In this document: piece after piece, positions 24,485-37,945 of the stretch
Numbering within the stretch: the stretch's first letter is position 1
Layout: each line of letters opens with the position of its first letter
Origin: Chiloscyllium plagiosum
Taxonomy: Eukaryota
Reading direction: 5' to 3'
Assembly (NCBI RefSeq): GCF_004010195.1
Contig: NC_057751.1
Coordinates: forward strand, 1,897,305 to 1,961,304
DNA: 64,000 nucleotides
The notes under the pieces: generated by a model
Database searches by the model: none
The model's input: the letters and a program-made list of their open reading frames with translations, nothing else
What the model was told of the DNA's origin: nothing
Position numbers and translations under genes: made by a program

Positions 24485-24900
24485 GAAGACTTGCATTTAT
24501 GCAGTATTGTCCAGGACATCCCAAAGCACCGTACAATCAGTTAAGTGTCAAAGAAGTTCAGTTGGCTGTTGTAACCTACGAAACTTGACAGTCAACTTGT
24601 GCTCAGAAAGCTCCCACAAGCAACTAAGTGATGATGAACTGTTTCCAGTGACTGCAGGATAAATATTGGTCCAGAACACATCGGAGAACTCCCCCACCAT
24701 TTTTGAAATAATAGTCATTGGATTTTCTGAGGGTGCAGACAGTGCCTCAGTTCAACATCTCATCCAAAAGATTACATCTCTCACAATACAACTCACTCTT
24801 AGTACTACATTGGTGGGTGTCAGCTGAGTGTTTGTGCTCATGTCTGCAAGACATAAGTGGGAATGATCCAAAGTTCAGCATTCGCCCATTCACAATGCAA
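24485..24900 (-). mobile_element. DeuSINE-type SINE
   Basis: GGATAAATATTGGTCCAGAACAC...GAGAACTCCCC core shared with the other copies. Confidence 0.65.
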
Positions 24901-25504
24901 CTCATATCTGTCTTACTGGAAGTGACTGGGGTTTTGTTTCTTCTGATTGCGAGCACTGAGCTCCTGTTGTTACATGGCACCTCTGTGCACAAATGTTAAT
25001 GAGTGTTATTGTCAGGACTCCACTTTGATGGGTGACACAATAGGGAATGCTCCGTGGGCAAAACAGCTGACATAAACGTGTACTTTCCCTTTGATTTTTG
25101 TATTTTAGCAGACATTTCCTCCCTCCCATAATTTTAGCAAAGAGATACAGCATGTTATTGCTGACATTGCTGCTGTCCAAGGTTCAGCATTTGTGAATGC
25201 AGCCTAGTACTGTCTTTATTATGCACATTTGGTGTTTTCTTCAGCTTCAAACATGTTTTTTTATGATGGTGAGGACTTTAGATTCCAATAAGGCAGTTTA
25301 GAAACCTGGACTCGAAAACCTAATAATTTGATGCCTTGCCAAAATAAGCATGATTGGAAAAGTTGCTGGGATTGTAACGATCCAAATTGGTTCATGAATG
25401 TTCTTCAGAAATGGATACCTGATGCTTCGCTTTATGACACTTCAGAGGTAAAGCAAGCTCCTCAAAGAAACAGAATTGTATCTGTATAGCACAAACTCTA
25501 AACA

Positions 25505-26860
25505 AAACATAGAACAGTACAATGCAGGATCAGGCCCTTCAGCCCACAATGTATGTGCTGATCGTGATGCCATTCAATACGATTCCCATCTGCCTGTACG
25601 TGATCCACATCCCTCAATTCCTCACCTGTTCATGTATCTGTCCGAATCACTCTTAAGTTTTGCTATCATAATATCTCCCTAGACAGCATGTTCCAGGCAT
25701 CTTCCACCCTCTGGGTAAGAAACTTGCCTCGCACACCTCCTTTAAACCCATGGCCCCTAGTATTTGACATTTGAAAGTGGGATAAAGACTCTTACTATCC
25801 ACCCTATCCATGTCTCTCATAATTTTATATCCTTCCTTCAGATCATCCTTCAGCCTCTGATGTTCGAGTGAAACCAATCCAAGTTTGACCAACCTCACCT
25901 TATAGCTAATATATACTCCAATCCAGGCAACATCTAGGTAAACCTCCTCTGCATCCTCTCGAAAGCCTCCACATCCTTCCTGAAGTGTGGCAACCAGAAA
26001 TGCACACAAGACATCAACTGTGGCCTCATTAATGTTTTATACAGCTGCAACATGGCTTACCACCTTTTATACTTAATGCCCTGACTGATGAAGACAAGCA
26101 TGCGTACCCTTTCTTTCCCAGCTTATCCACTTGTGTTGCCACTTTCAGGGAGTGATGAACTTGCATCCCAAGATTGCATTGTATGTCAATGTTCCTCAGG
26201 GTGCTGTGATATACTGTATGCTTTCTTCAAGCATTTGGCCTCCCAAACATATGTCACCTCACTCTTATCTGGGTTAAAGTCCACCTTCCATTTCTCTGCT
26301 CAGCTTCCTAGCTGATCCAAATCCTGTTGTATCCTTTGCGAGCACAGCTCCACCTATTTGTCTGTCATCTGCAAACCTACTAACCAGACCACTTACATTT
26401 TCATCCAAATCATTGTATATTTATAAACAACAGAGGAACCTCACTGATCTTTGTGGAAAATACCACTGATCAGAGACCTTCAGTCAGAAAAAATCACCTC
26501 TCCACAATTACCCTCTATCTTCTACAACCAAGTCAATTTTAAATCCAACTTAGCAACTCACAGTGGATCCACGTAACTTCATCTCTGGAACAGCCTAGGG
26601 ATCTTGTCAAATTCTTTCGTGAAGTCCAGACAAACAATGTTGACTACCCTACTGTCATCATCACTTCCTCATAAAACACAATCTAATTTGTGACTTCCCC
26701 TGCACAAAGCAATGCCAACTGTTCCTAATGAGTCAAATATTTGCCAAATGCGAGGAAATTCTGTCGCTAAGAATCTTTTCCAATAATTTCCCTACCACTG
26801 ATGTAAGGCTCACCAGTCTATACTTTCCTGGATGATACTGGTTGCCCTTCTATTCTCCAG
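25505..26860 (-). mobile_element. CR1 LINE 3' portion, decayed
   Basis: ACATAGAACAGTACA tail; LGLVSLEHQRLKDDL; RT remnants. Confidence 0.85.
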
Positions 26861-26869
26861 TCTTTGCCT

Positions 26870-27350
26870 AAGAGGATCAATGTTTTGGGCATAAGCCCTT
26901 CATCAGGAATGAGGCTTGTGGGCCGGTGGGGTGGAGGGGGGTGGGGGCTGGGGGGAGAAGGTAGCTGGGAATGTGATAGGTAGATGAAGGTGCAGGTGGA
27001 AGTGATAGGTCAGAGGGGAGGGTGGAGCGGATGGACGGGAAGGAAGAAGATGGACAGGTAGGTCCGGTCAAGGTGGCGGTGTCAACTTGGAGGCTTGGGA
27101 CTGGGATAATGTAGGGGGAGGGGAAATGAGGAAACTAATGAAATCCACATTGATCCCGTGTGGTGGCACCTTCATCTACCTATCACATTCCCAGCTACCT
27201 TTTCCCCCCAGCCCCACACCCCTCCCCTTTATCTCTCAGTCCCCGTGACCCACAAGCCTCATTCCTGATGAAGGGCTTTTGCCCGAAACTTTGATTCTCC
27301 TACTCCTCAGATGCTGCCTGACCTGCTGTGCTTTTCCAGCAACACACTCT
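26870..27350. mobile_element. Palindromic Penelope-like element
   Basis: 26876-26992 is the reverse complement of 27167-27296; hammerhead remnants on both arms. Confidence 0.85.
27261..27296 (+). ncRNA. Hammerhead motif, stem III mutated
   Basis: AUUC-CUGAUGA-A-GGGC(UUUU)GCCC-GAAA-CUUU-GAUU; CGUC replaced by CUUU. Confidence 0.5.
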
Positions 27351-27359
27351 CATTTCAAC

Positions 27360-27720
27360 TTGCCTGGCCATTTTCAGAGAATTATGCACCTGAATCCCAG
27401 AGTCCCTCTGCTTCTGTACTCTCTTCAAAGTTGTCCAATTGAGCCTGGATTGTATTTTTATGTTTCTTCAACCAAAACACATTACCTCACATTTCTCTGT
27501 ATTGAAATTCAATATGGGGCATTTGCCCACGTGGCCAACTTGTCAATGTCTTGCTCAGCCTCACCTTCACATTTCTCCCTAGCTGAGTATCATCTGCAAA
27601 TTTAGAGATTTTGTCCTCAAAACTCATCTCAAATCATTTGTATAAATCAGAAAAAGCAATGGCCCCAAATCAATGTCAACATCGAAAATCACTTTTAACT
27701 CATCTCCAGTCTGAGAAATA
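27360..27720 (-). mobile_element. Old CR1 RT fragment
   Basis: Reverse complement of QRDSGIQVH and KFADD segments. Confidence 0.6.
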
Positions 27721-27739
27721 TACTCTTAAAACAAGGAGT

Positions 27740-28215
27740 GTGGTGGAATTGTTCCTATTTGCCTGAATAAGGGCAGCTCCAACAACACTTAAAAGAGCTC
27801 GATGCCACCTAAGACAAAGCGACCTAACTGCCACTCCATCTAGCACTTTCAGTGTTCAGTCCCACGACCACTGATGCACAGTGTCAGCAAATTGTACTGT
27901 ATACAAGATGCATTACAGGAACTCACCATAGATCTTTGGACAGCACCTTCCAAATCTATGACTTATACAAAGCAGCTGATACATGGGAAAACCATTCAGC
28001 TGCAAGTTCCCTCCAAGCCACTCACCATCCTGGCTTGGCAATATATCACCATTCCTTCACTGTCACTGGGTCAAAGTTCTGGAATGCTCTTCCTTACAGT
28101 GCTGTGGATCTACCTACACAGCATTGTCTCCAGTGGTTCAGTTCACCACCACCTTTTCAAGGGATGGACAATAAATTCTGGCTGAGCCAAAGATACCCAT
28201 ATCCCTGTGAATGAA
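27740..28215 (+). mobile_element. Old LINE 3' portion
   Basis: HSFTVTGSKFWNALP; tail GGATGGACAATAAATTCTGG. Confidence 0.65.
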
Positions 28216-28249
28216 TGTGAAGAGAAGGACTCAATGAATTGTTGTCACC

Positions 28250-29090
28250 GATGTTTCTTTGAAAGCTGGCAGCCAATTTGTGCATAGCATGCTCATGCAA
28301 ACAGCAATGTAACAATGAGCAGATTGGTTCAATTAGCAGTGTTCATAAACAATAAATATTGCCGAGCACACCAGGGAAACCTTCCCTTCTCTTCCTTGAA
28401 ATACTGGCCTTATCTTCTTTTAGATTGACCTGAGAAGATATGCTGAGACTAGATTTCATGTGTCATCTGAAAGAGAGCATCTCCAACAGTACTGCATTCT
28501 TCAGTGGCATCGGGTTGGCGGATTTGAGCTATAGGGCGAGGCTGAATAGGCTGGTGCTGTTGTCCTTGGAGTATTGGAGGCTGAGGGGTGACCTTATAGA
28601 GGTTTATAAAATCATGAGGGGCATAGGTAGGGTAAATAGGCAAAGTCTTTTCCCAAGGGTGTGGGAGTCCAGAACTAAAGGGCATAGGTGACAGGGAAAG
28701 ATATAAAAGGGACCTAAGGGACAACTTTTTCACGCAGAGGGTGGTGCGTGTATGGAATGAGCTGCCAGAGGAAGTGGTGGAGGTTGGTACACTGACAACA
28801 TTTAAAAGGCATCAGGATGGGTATATGAATAGAAAGGGTTTAGAGGAATATGGGCCAAGTGCTGACAAACGGGACTAGATTAGGTTGGGATATCTGGTCG
28901 GCATGGATAAGTTGGACCGAAGGCTCCGTTTCCATGCTGTACATCTCTATGAATCTATGACTCCCTGGTGAACTGGGAAAGTCAGTCTGGATTTATTGTG
29001 CTTCAGCACTGGAGTGTGGACTTGACCCTTTGTGTTTGCCCCTTTGACTTAGAGATGACATTGCTACCCACTGAGTCAGGAGACATCACT
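28250..29090 (-). mobile_element. DeuSINE-type SINE split by a CR1
   Basis: SINE similarity stops at ~28510 and resumes at ~28965. Confidence 0.6.
28511..28964 (+). mobile_element. 5'-truncated CR1 LINE
   Basis: LSYRARLNRL...RLRGDLIEVYKIMRG; CTATGAATCTATGACTC tail. Confidence 0.92.
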
Positions 29091-29849
29091 AACAAGCCCA
29101 AGATCACTATCTCAAGCGTAACATTCCAAGGAGCAATAGAATGGGAAGCAGGTTTTAGCAGCTGACAGCTGGTTAACGGTTAGAGTTGCATGCTTTTAAG
29201 CAATCTAAATCAGAAGGAGAGATATTTTATTTAATCTGTGCTCTTTCAGTAAACCACTCATCAAATCAACACAATGAATCCACCAGGCTGCCAATCATTC
29301 TATTTCCGATTCAGCCTGAATACATTCAGAGATTTCACAGCGAGGCAGAGGAATTATTGTGTTTCATATTTCATATATGGGTTCAAGAACAAAGAACAGT
29401 GTTCTCAGAAAGAATCAGGATGTTGAAGATTAAATAACAGTGTGAAAATCTGCTCCTAATCAAGCAACCCACTTTTTGATCAATTCCACTTAGTTTTTTT
29501 CTGTATCAGTAATCAGCAGGCAATTTTGTTAAAAAAAATAATCTGGTTGGCTGCACAGAATCGGTTGTCCAAGAAAAACTACCTGTTCAATGTCTAATTC
29601 TCAAGTAAATGCTGCCAGAGAGGAGAAAAGGTGCGATCGTGTGGTTGTGTAGACACTGGTCATATATGATGTTTCAATTTGTGGAGCTGAAAATCTATGA
29701 AGAGGGAAGATAGGTTTGTGTTTTAAAACAGAAAAGTCCGCATTCTTTTAAACCACCTACTTCTCAAAGTCTGGGTGATTATTGGTTACTCTGAAAACCT
29801 TTCAGTTTGAAAATTTTTCTCGGACTGTGGGGAAAAAGCAGGAGGATAG

Positions 29850-30375
29850 GGACTAATTGGCCTTCGTTTTAATTCTCCACTTTGCTATCATGCTGACATC
29901 CCCGTCCTTAGCCTGCTGCGGTGTTCCAGTGAAGCTCAAAGGAATTTTGAAGAAGAGAACTTCAGCTCGCAATTAAACTCTGGACTCGTTCGGACCTGAC
30001 ATGGTGTTTTACAATTTCCAGTCAAAAGCTCAGAGTGCGTTTGTTTTGTTAGCAATGTTTCCATTTTTCTTTTCTCTTTCAGTCAGCAGCACACCTGCTG
30101 GAAGCATATTTTTTGTTAATTTCCTTCTTTTCTTGCCCCAGCACCACTCCCTTAGACCCTGGAGTACCAACCTATCACAGACTTATCTTTAGCCCTTGTT
30201 CCAACCACTCTTTGCTCAAAACCTGTTACATTGCAAACCTCTTCCAGTTCTGATGAAAAGTTACAAATGTGAGACATCACCTCTGTTTTTCTCTCTCCAC
30301 AGATACTGCCTTAACCTGCTAAATTACTCCAACATTTTCTGTTTAAATTTAGATGCAGAGTGTACAATGTTCTGC
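29850..30375 (+). mobile_element. Old Penelope-like 3' fragment
   Basis: Decayed GIY-YIG C-terminus (compare 58790-58885), pyrimidine-rich UTR, CTGATGA hammerhead remnant at ~30250. Confidence 0.55.
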
Positions 30376-30489
30376 TTACTCATGAGAAACTAACTGGATC
30401 ACTCTTTCATGGAGCTAGCACCCACATTATGGGATAAGAAGCCTCCTGTAAACAGAATGATTATGTTATGGCTGTGCATTCAAAATGCA

Positions 30490-30790
30490 CTCTCGTCTGA
30501 CACTTCAGTGCAGTGCAGAGGGTGTGTTGTGTTGTCTGAGGGATTGTTCTTCCAACAAGATGATACACTGAGACCACCTGCCAATTCAAGGTAACATGAA
30601 AGATACAGCCATCCTGTTAGGAAGCTCCCTTTATATTCTGGATCCGTAGATAATTTTTCAGTCATTCAAAAAACATGTTAGCAGGTCATTTATTTATTCA
30701 CACCTTGTGAGATCTCACTCTACCCGAACTGGCCACTACATATGTTGGCATAAAAAGTGACTGCATGTCAAAAACAATCAGTGGATGGAA
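30490..30790 (+). mobile_element. DeuSINE-type SINE, decayed
   Basis: CTGACACTTCAGTGCAGTGCAGAGGG is the reverse complement of the core seen in the minus-strand copies. Confidence 0.5.
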
Positions 30791-30879
30791 TAGCCTCCTT
30801 TTGTGTCATAAATCACTGTTGATAACTCCAATCATTGTCTGCGTTGATGATGTGCATGACAGAGGATACACAGTTGATA

Positions 30880-31076
30880 CAGTGTGGCCCGAGAAAAAGC
30901 ACAGCAGGTCAGGCAGCATCCGAGGAGAAGAGAGTTGATGTTTTGGGCATAATGCTTCCTCAGGACTGAAGTGTCGACTCTTTTGTGCCTTGGATGCTGC
31001 CTGACCTGCTGTGCCTTTTCCAGAGCTACGCTTTGTCAACTTTTACTCTCCAGCATCTGCAGTCCTCACTTTCTCC
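30880..31076. mobile_element. Palindromic Penelope-like mini-element
   Basis: GAAAAAGCACAGCAGGTCAGGCAGCATCC ... GGATGCTGCCTGACCTGCTGTGCCTTTTC inverted arms; same family as 20200-20407. Confidence 0.8.
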
Positions 31077-31377
31077 TATCAGATAGAATACAAAAAGAAC
31101 TCTTCACCTATGTCCACACTGACATTTCTAACTAGAGGCTGAAATGTATACAGGGAGCAGTGTGTACAGCTCTGAGCAGGACACTTCCAAAAGGACCTGC
31201 AGACCCTGAAGAGCGTTCAGTACAAACGCACCAGAGCATGACCAAGGATTCAAAGTTTAGACTCTGAGGAAAAATCACATTAACCAGGCTTGTACTCCCA
31301 GTTAAGAAAGTGCTAAAATAATATAATTAAACATGAGATCAACAAACAGATGGAGAGAGTTCGGATAAAGATCTTAT

Positions 31378-31692
31378 TCTTGTGGTGCAGTAATACTGTC
31401 CCTTACCTCTTAACTATGAGAAGCAAGTTCAAATGTGGCCTGTTTCATACATGTGTCATAGCAACTTGGAATGGATTCATTGAAAATACCTAAAAGGATG
31501 ATTGGGAGTCTGTGGTGCAGTGGCAGTGTCTCAACCTTGAGGCCAAAAGATCTGTGTTGTAAAGAACGTATTCTGTGCAAAGTGCTTGTGGTGCAGTGAT
31601 AGTGTCCCTATTTCTGCACCAAGTGCCCTGGATTCAAGTCTAACCTGATCCAGAGATGTGGAATAATATCTCTGAACCAGTTGATTAGAAAC
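31378..31692 (+). repeat. Three tandem copies of a short tRNA-like SINE head
   Basis: TGTGGTGCAGT(A/G)...TGTC at 31381, 31511 and 31587; GTTCAAAT / GATTCAAGTC B-box-like motifs in copies 1 and 3. Confidence 0.6.
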
Positions 31693-32429
31693 TATCAATG
31701 AAGTAGGTGCAAGTGATTGATTGGGCTGTCTCTATTGCTATTGTCTCAATCCCAGATTGAATGGACTGTGCCGAGATCAGAAAACACTCTCTGCTTTCAA
31801 TGCAAATATATCCTTCTTTAACTAAGGAGACTAAAACTGTGCATGGTACTCCAGTTCTTATTGATCACACTCATGGTCCACAGATAGCTGGTGTGGGCAC
31901 TGATATGCTTCTGAGGTTGGAGTAGAGGAATCAAAGCTTTATCTGCACAAGGCAAAGTTACCTGACGTCAGAGTTTGTAATGCTCCCACAGACCCGACGC
32001 CTGAAGTAGGAAGTGTTATATTCTTCACCATTCCAATCCATCACCTTGAGCAGCACCAAAATGTTAAAGGAAAAGTAAAGTGTAAGTCAACTGGTTTGTC
32101 GACACACGTTCAGAACTGTGGTGACCTTGGATGAGGAGAAAGAACTCTGTTAATGATTAAAACCAGAAAGGATGCATAAGTACATACTCGCTCTTCTGTC
32201 CTTGTACAAATACTTTGTTCTTGTCATTAGCAGCTATTCCTCATTTGGTGCATGACAGTGGCTCAGAGACCTGAGTTCTTCCTGTAGATCCTTAAACGAC
32301 ATAACAGGTCAATTCTCAACCACAGATGTTTGGGCATGTCGAGTTGGATGTCCAACAACGTAGTTGAAACTGGAGTGCAGGGTTTGATTCCTTTACTTTC
32401 ATTCTCAGCCACCATCCAGCCTCATCATC

Positions 32430-32800
32430 AAAACGTCATGACTTGTGTGAAGCAGCTTGACAATCAAGATGTTGTCATTGATGAATAGTTGACATAAAGT
32501 TCCTTCCAGTGCTGCCACACTTCCAGAAGAGCTTCAGGATGTCTTTTGAACATTTTCATTGTCCTCCCCAGTGTACTGGCCATTTGCAAGTTGACAAAAC
32601 AGCTGGCAGGGAGGTGCTTTTCGTCCATTTGATTACAGTTTACGGTCCATACAGAAGATTTTGCAGGAGCTTTTCAAGGGCTGGTTTCAAGGAGGACACA
32701 AGTGTTTATTTACTAATCCCTCCCGCTGAATCTGGAAAGTGCAGTAGACATATGGAATTTGTTTTGCATTCTAATTATGACTTCATATGGCGCTGATACA
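32430..32800 (-). mobile_element. RTE-clade LINE remnant
   Basis: Minus strand GGQ*KCSKDILK resembles RTE GGQxKRFKDxLK. Confidence 0.45.
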
Positions 32801-34039
32801 TGGTCCAGGTATCATTGCAGTTCAGGACTGTGGTGATATATATGCACTGTACACTTTGACTTTTGTTGACTTACAGAAATCTTTTTGTGTAACACTGACT
32901 GTCATAGTTTGTAGATGACTGACTGGAGCAGATGATCTGATACTGGAATTTCTTTTCAATAGTGGCCTTTTGTAAAGGTAGGGGAACAATAAAAAGCATT
33001 TAGCGTACCGTATTTCAGAAGGAGAACACAGGGATGAATTAATCTCAGTGAGAAAGCTGCAATGAACCAGAACTGAATGAAAAACACCAAAGTCTGCAAT
33101 CCAGTACAGATATTAAATACTAGTTTCCAGAGAAGTTGCATTGGTCTTGAAATGTTAACTCTGTTTCTCTCTCTGCAGATGCTCCCAGATTTGCTGAGTT
33201 TCCCCAGGACTATTTTTTACTTTAGATCTTCAGCATCTGTTAAAAGCTGATGGGATTTTTCTGCCTTCATGAAGATTCCATGCATGCATTCATCCCATGG
33301 ATTTAGGGGAAAAAGAACCCCTACCTCTCACTTCTGACTTCAGGAATGTGGCATTTATAAATGGCTTCAGGAAGGGAGCTAAATCACTCCATGGAAACTA
33401 GCAAGGTATTTAGCTCTTGCCCGTCTCAGAAAATTCCTGACGTCCATTTTCCTGACTATTTCCTGTGGTTGAGGAAGTCAGTCTGGCTTTAGACAGATGG
33501 GTGCACATGCACACGCACAATTCTCTGTAATTGTTTCACTCACACTGATGAAGTTCCATTGTCTTTAAATATTAATTACATGACAGGAATATTATAAATA
33601 CAAAGGAATTACTCCCAAAGGCAGTTATTTAGTTTGTGTCTGTAGTTTATATATGAACCTTCATAAAGTATTCATGAAATAAATTAATATGGGAACATTG
33701 CTGAGATAAATGAGCATGTCTTCTCACACTAAATGCCCCATGTGATATATTTCACCTCTTCCTTCTTGTTTATACTATGGTTATGTTAATGATTTTAGGA
33801 CCATCAGATTACAGCAATGACAGCTTTTGTGATGATGACATGAAGATAATGTGAATTATACAGTGAAAAAGACTGCAGGGCACTAATATCCACTGTCTCA
33901 TAACTATTCCATTTAGATCAAGTACCTAATCTATTATTCCATAAAGAGTGCTCATATCTTCCATTGATAAAAAAACATTTAATGTTCCACCCCACTTACG
34001 GTGTGATTTTTCCCAGTTGTCTTCGCAATCGATCTGAGA

Positions 34040-34568
34040 CGGGTACAGCTGAGAACTGACGTGAGTCAAACAGTCAAGGCAGGCAGGGATAAGGTAGGAA
34101 GACAGATGAACTCAGGGCATGGTTAGGAACATGGGACTGGGATATCACAGCAATTATGGAAACATGGCTCAGGGAAGGGCAGGACTGGCAGCTGAATGTT
34201 CCAGGATACAAATGCTACAGGAAGGATAGAAAGGGAGGCAAAAGAGGAGGGGGAGTGGCATTTTTGATAAGGGATAGCATTACAGCTGTAGTGAGGGAGG
34301 ATATTCCTGGAAATACATCCAGGGAAGTTATTTGGGTGGAACTGAGAAATAAGAAAGGGATGATCACCTAATTGGGATTGTATTATAGACCCCCCCAATA
34401 GTCAGAGGGAAATTGAGAAACAAACTTGTAAGGAGATCTCAGCTATCTGTAAGAATAATATGGTGGTTATGGCAGGGGATTTTAACTTTCCAAACATCGA
34501 CTGGGACTGCCATAGTGTTAAAGGTTTAGATGGAGAGGAATTTCTTAAGTGTGCACAAGACAATTTTC
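34040..34568 (+). mobile_element. Isolated CR1 ORF2 N-terminal APE endonuclease fragment
   Basis: DELRAWLGTWDWDITAIMETWL...YRKDR..KRGGGVAFLI...YYRPPNS...MAGDFNFPNIDW; one in-frame stop at 34369-34371. Confidence 0.9.
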
Positions 34569-35956
34569 AGTCACTTGGGTTGCTAAGTTTCAGTGGGCCA
34601 ACACCTGACTGTCCATGACACTCAGCAAGGACCCAGCTTCCTACCATGGTTACTGCTCTGCTCGGTGAAAGGAAAACACAACAATAACTCAGTGTTTTTG
34701 TCACTTGGGTAGGTGAATGGTGAAGTCAAAAGAATTGACAGCTCAGTATCCAATCCACGTTCAAATGCATACATATTAATTTTCTGTTAATTGTATTGTT
34801 AAAGTTCAGCACAAAACGAGGCATTTTACAGATTTCAGGATTCAGCACTGACTTCCACAATTTCAGACCATGAACTTTGTTCTCCGTTTTGATTACAAGG
34901 AGCCTGACGAGCCCAACGCCCCCCTCTTCACCACTCCCAACAAAGATTACCTCTTTGCGAATCCCACCGACTATCATCTCTCCTCCACCGACCATTACCG
35001 CCCACTTTGCCTTGGGCTGTAAAACTCCCCACCACCTGTTCCATTTGCTTCCCCGTCTCCAACCACCATCCACCCCGCCTTTTTCAAAGCATAGAATCCA
35101 TCACTTTTCACTGCTCCAGAATGGTTAACTCTTTTTTTCTCTCACGAAAATGCTACCAGACCTGCTGACGTTTTCCAACACTTTCTGTTTTTATTTCAAG
35201 ATTCCATAATCCGCGTGACTTTTATTCGGTAGAAGGGCTTGCTAAGAAGAAGTATCTTGCATGCATGAAGAAAACCGCAGGGATATTGTGTTGGTCGATC
35301 GGAGGCAGAGACGTGCAAAGCTGCATTCTCGAATAAATCTGCTAAACAAAAGGATCCATGTCTACTCCTGGACGTCACCCGGGTCAAGTCCATTTAACAG
35401 CACACGTGTGTTTAAACACCTCTGCGACTTTGTGTGTGGGAATATGACTGTTGTGTGTGCTTAAGTGATTGACTGTATGGAACTGAGTGTGAGAGTTAAT
35501 AAATTCACATGTAACGAGTTTAAATGTGCAGTCAGGAGGAGTGACAGCAGACACATGGTATAAGCATTCTATTATATCATTGTCGAGACTCATACCCTAA
35601 ATACAAGGGGTTGTCCGATCGAAGCACACTCACACACACGCTCACACACACAAAACTCAAATAAACGATATTTCGCGTGCTTGCTTGCATCCACAGTATC
35701 CTCCAGAAAAACAAACCGACATGAAAATACAGCCAAACACACAATCCGATGTGTCCACACATCGATACATAACTCACACTCAAAACCCTCTCGTCTCACC
35801 CACACACACTCCCCCATCCACGAGACTCAGAATTATATCTCAGTATGAGCCAATAGTTTCACTAACTTCATAGTCCCTGATGAAAAAAAAAGATGGGGAT
35901 AAACTTGAACACTGGCTACATTTAGAAAAAAAAACAGAAAATAATACAGATTACAC

Positions 35957-36232
35957 GGGGCGGCACGGTGGCTCAGTAGTTAGCACTGATGCCTCACAGC
36001 GCCATGGCTCTCGGTTCGAGTCCCACCTTGGGCAGCTGTCTGTGTGGAGTCCTTCCCCACGTCCCCTACGGGTTCAATCCAAAGATGTGCACGTCAAGGT
36101 GCCATGCTAAATCGCACAGGTGCATTAGTCAAAGGGAAACATAGGGTAGGGGAATGGGTCTCGGTGGGTTACTCCTTGGAGGGTCAGTGTGGACTTGATG
36201 GGCCTGTTTCCATACTGTAGAGAAACTAATCT
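35957..36232 (+). mobile_element. HE1-type (V-SINE) tRNA-derived SINE
   Basis: GGGCGGCACGGTGGCTCAGTAGTTAGCACT head, GGTTCGAGTCC B box, TCCAAAGATGTGC core, LINE-like tail. Confidence 0.85.
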
Positions 36233-37145
36233 CCATATTGAAGGAAAATATGCAGATGGTAATGAGCTAAATTAGTAATAAATAAATAACTTTTGATACC
36301 GATTTATTTTTGAGTTAATTTAAAAATAAGATGTTATAAACGCCTGGTTAACTCCTGATTCCCGAGACCTGGAATGGAGGTGAAAGGCTTCATCCAAGCT
36401 CCTTCACGCTCCTTCCCAGATTGCAAAAGGAAGGTCCCTTCTCTTTCTCAGCAGCATACCACACCCTTAGTACAGCAAGTGGTAGTGTGTTACAGTTGAC
36501 TCAAGGAGTCTGATCTGCCGGAGCAGCACACATTATTCTATGTGTGCTGTTGCCTGGAGTTACAGCTAATGATGGCAGAGGCTTCAATGTTTTCTCCATG
36601 ACTTGGCTGACTGGCAATCTCTGCCACTCTTACAACCCGAACTGTCGAATAATTTCTAACCCTTCAAGGAAAGAATGATTCTTAGAGTCCCTGGCTCTGA
36701 GAGCATGACATGCCTTCCATCTGTGATTACTTAACGCCTTATGGAATCCCTGGACTGATTGTGTATGTAATTGTACGCTAGAGGTCACTCTCAGGCCAGT
36801 GTTCAGTCCTATTATTAAATAATTACTAGCCATACTTCACCCCTTCCCTGGAATTATCCGGTTAATTTATTCTGATGCTTTCTCTACTGGAGTTGCAAAG
36901 TGAGCTCCGAGGCGAGTTGGAAGGAAACAAAATAAAGAGCAAAATATTCATATTTATAGTGCAACCATCACAACCTTAGGTTGTCTTAAAATACTTCACA
37001 AACCATGAATTAAATTCGATGTATAGCACAGAAACAGGTCATTCCAAAGCGAATGATCTGCTCAAGCCTCATCCCACCTTTCCTCCAGTAAATGTACCAT
37101 CGTAACCCTCCACTCCCTTGTCTCTCATTTGCTTGTCCAAGTTTC

Positions 37146-37505
37146 TCATAAAATCACGAGGGGCATGGATAGAATAAATAGACAATGTCTTTTCCCTGGG
37201 ATCGGGGACTCCAGAACTAAAGGGCATAGGTTCAGGTGAGGGGAGAAAGATATAAAAGGGACCTAAGGGATAACTTTTTCGCACAGAGGGTGGTGTGTAT
37301 ATGGAATGAGCTGCCAGGGGAAGTGGTGGAGGTTGGTACAATTACAACATTTAAAAGGCATCTGGATGTGTATATGAAAAGGAAGGGTTTAGAGGGACAT
37401 GGGCCAGGTGCTGGCAAATGGGACTAGATTAATTTAGGATATCTGGTCAGCATGGATGAGTTGGACTGAAGGGTCTGTTTCCATGCTCTACGTCTCTGTG
37501 TGTCT
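37146..37505 (+). mobile_element. 5'-truncated CR1 LINE
   Basis: RGERYKRDLRDNFFAQRVVCIWNELP; similar to 28610-28960. Confidence 0.9.
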
Positions 37506-37629
37506 ATTACTCGAATTAATTTTAAACACTCCCTGTCCTAACAACTTCCATATTCTCATCACTTTTCCAGTGAAGCAGTATTTTATGAATAACCTGTTGG
37601 TGACTGTCTTCTATTATGGGCATATCACT

Positions 37630-37945
37630 AAATAGAGTCACTGTTGTACCACAGGATATGCGGCAACCAATTTGTGCACAGAAGAACCCGACAAACAGTA
37701 AAGTGTTAATTGTTTGAAGGATAAATATTGGCTGGGAAACTGGGGGAGAATTTTCCTCCTTTCCTATTCTGCATTGGGACTTTTCTTTAAATTAAAGGTG
37801 CAACATGAGCTGTTGGTCTCCTTTCAAGAGTGGCAGTGGGTAATGTTACATTTACCCCAAGAAAGGGCAAATGGGGCCAGGATTTAACATCTCAAAAATG
37901 GTTCCTCTGACAGTGCAGCGTTCCTCCAGTCCGGCAGTGGAACAC
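37630..37945 (-). mobile_element. DeuSINE-type SINE
   Basis: GGATAAATATTGGC...CTCTGACAGTGCAGCGTTCCTCCAGT. Confidence 0.6.

Noticed and set aside
35957..36030. tRNA-like sequence (also 45795, 47471, 48970)
   Set aside because: SINE heads continuing into SINE body; no complete cloverleaf
36521..36555. Small hairpin GCAGCACACA / TGTGTGCTGT as a pre-miRNA
   Set aside because: Stem of only about 10-13 bp; too short and expected by chance
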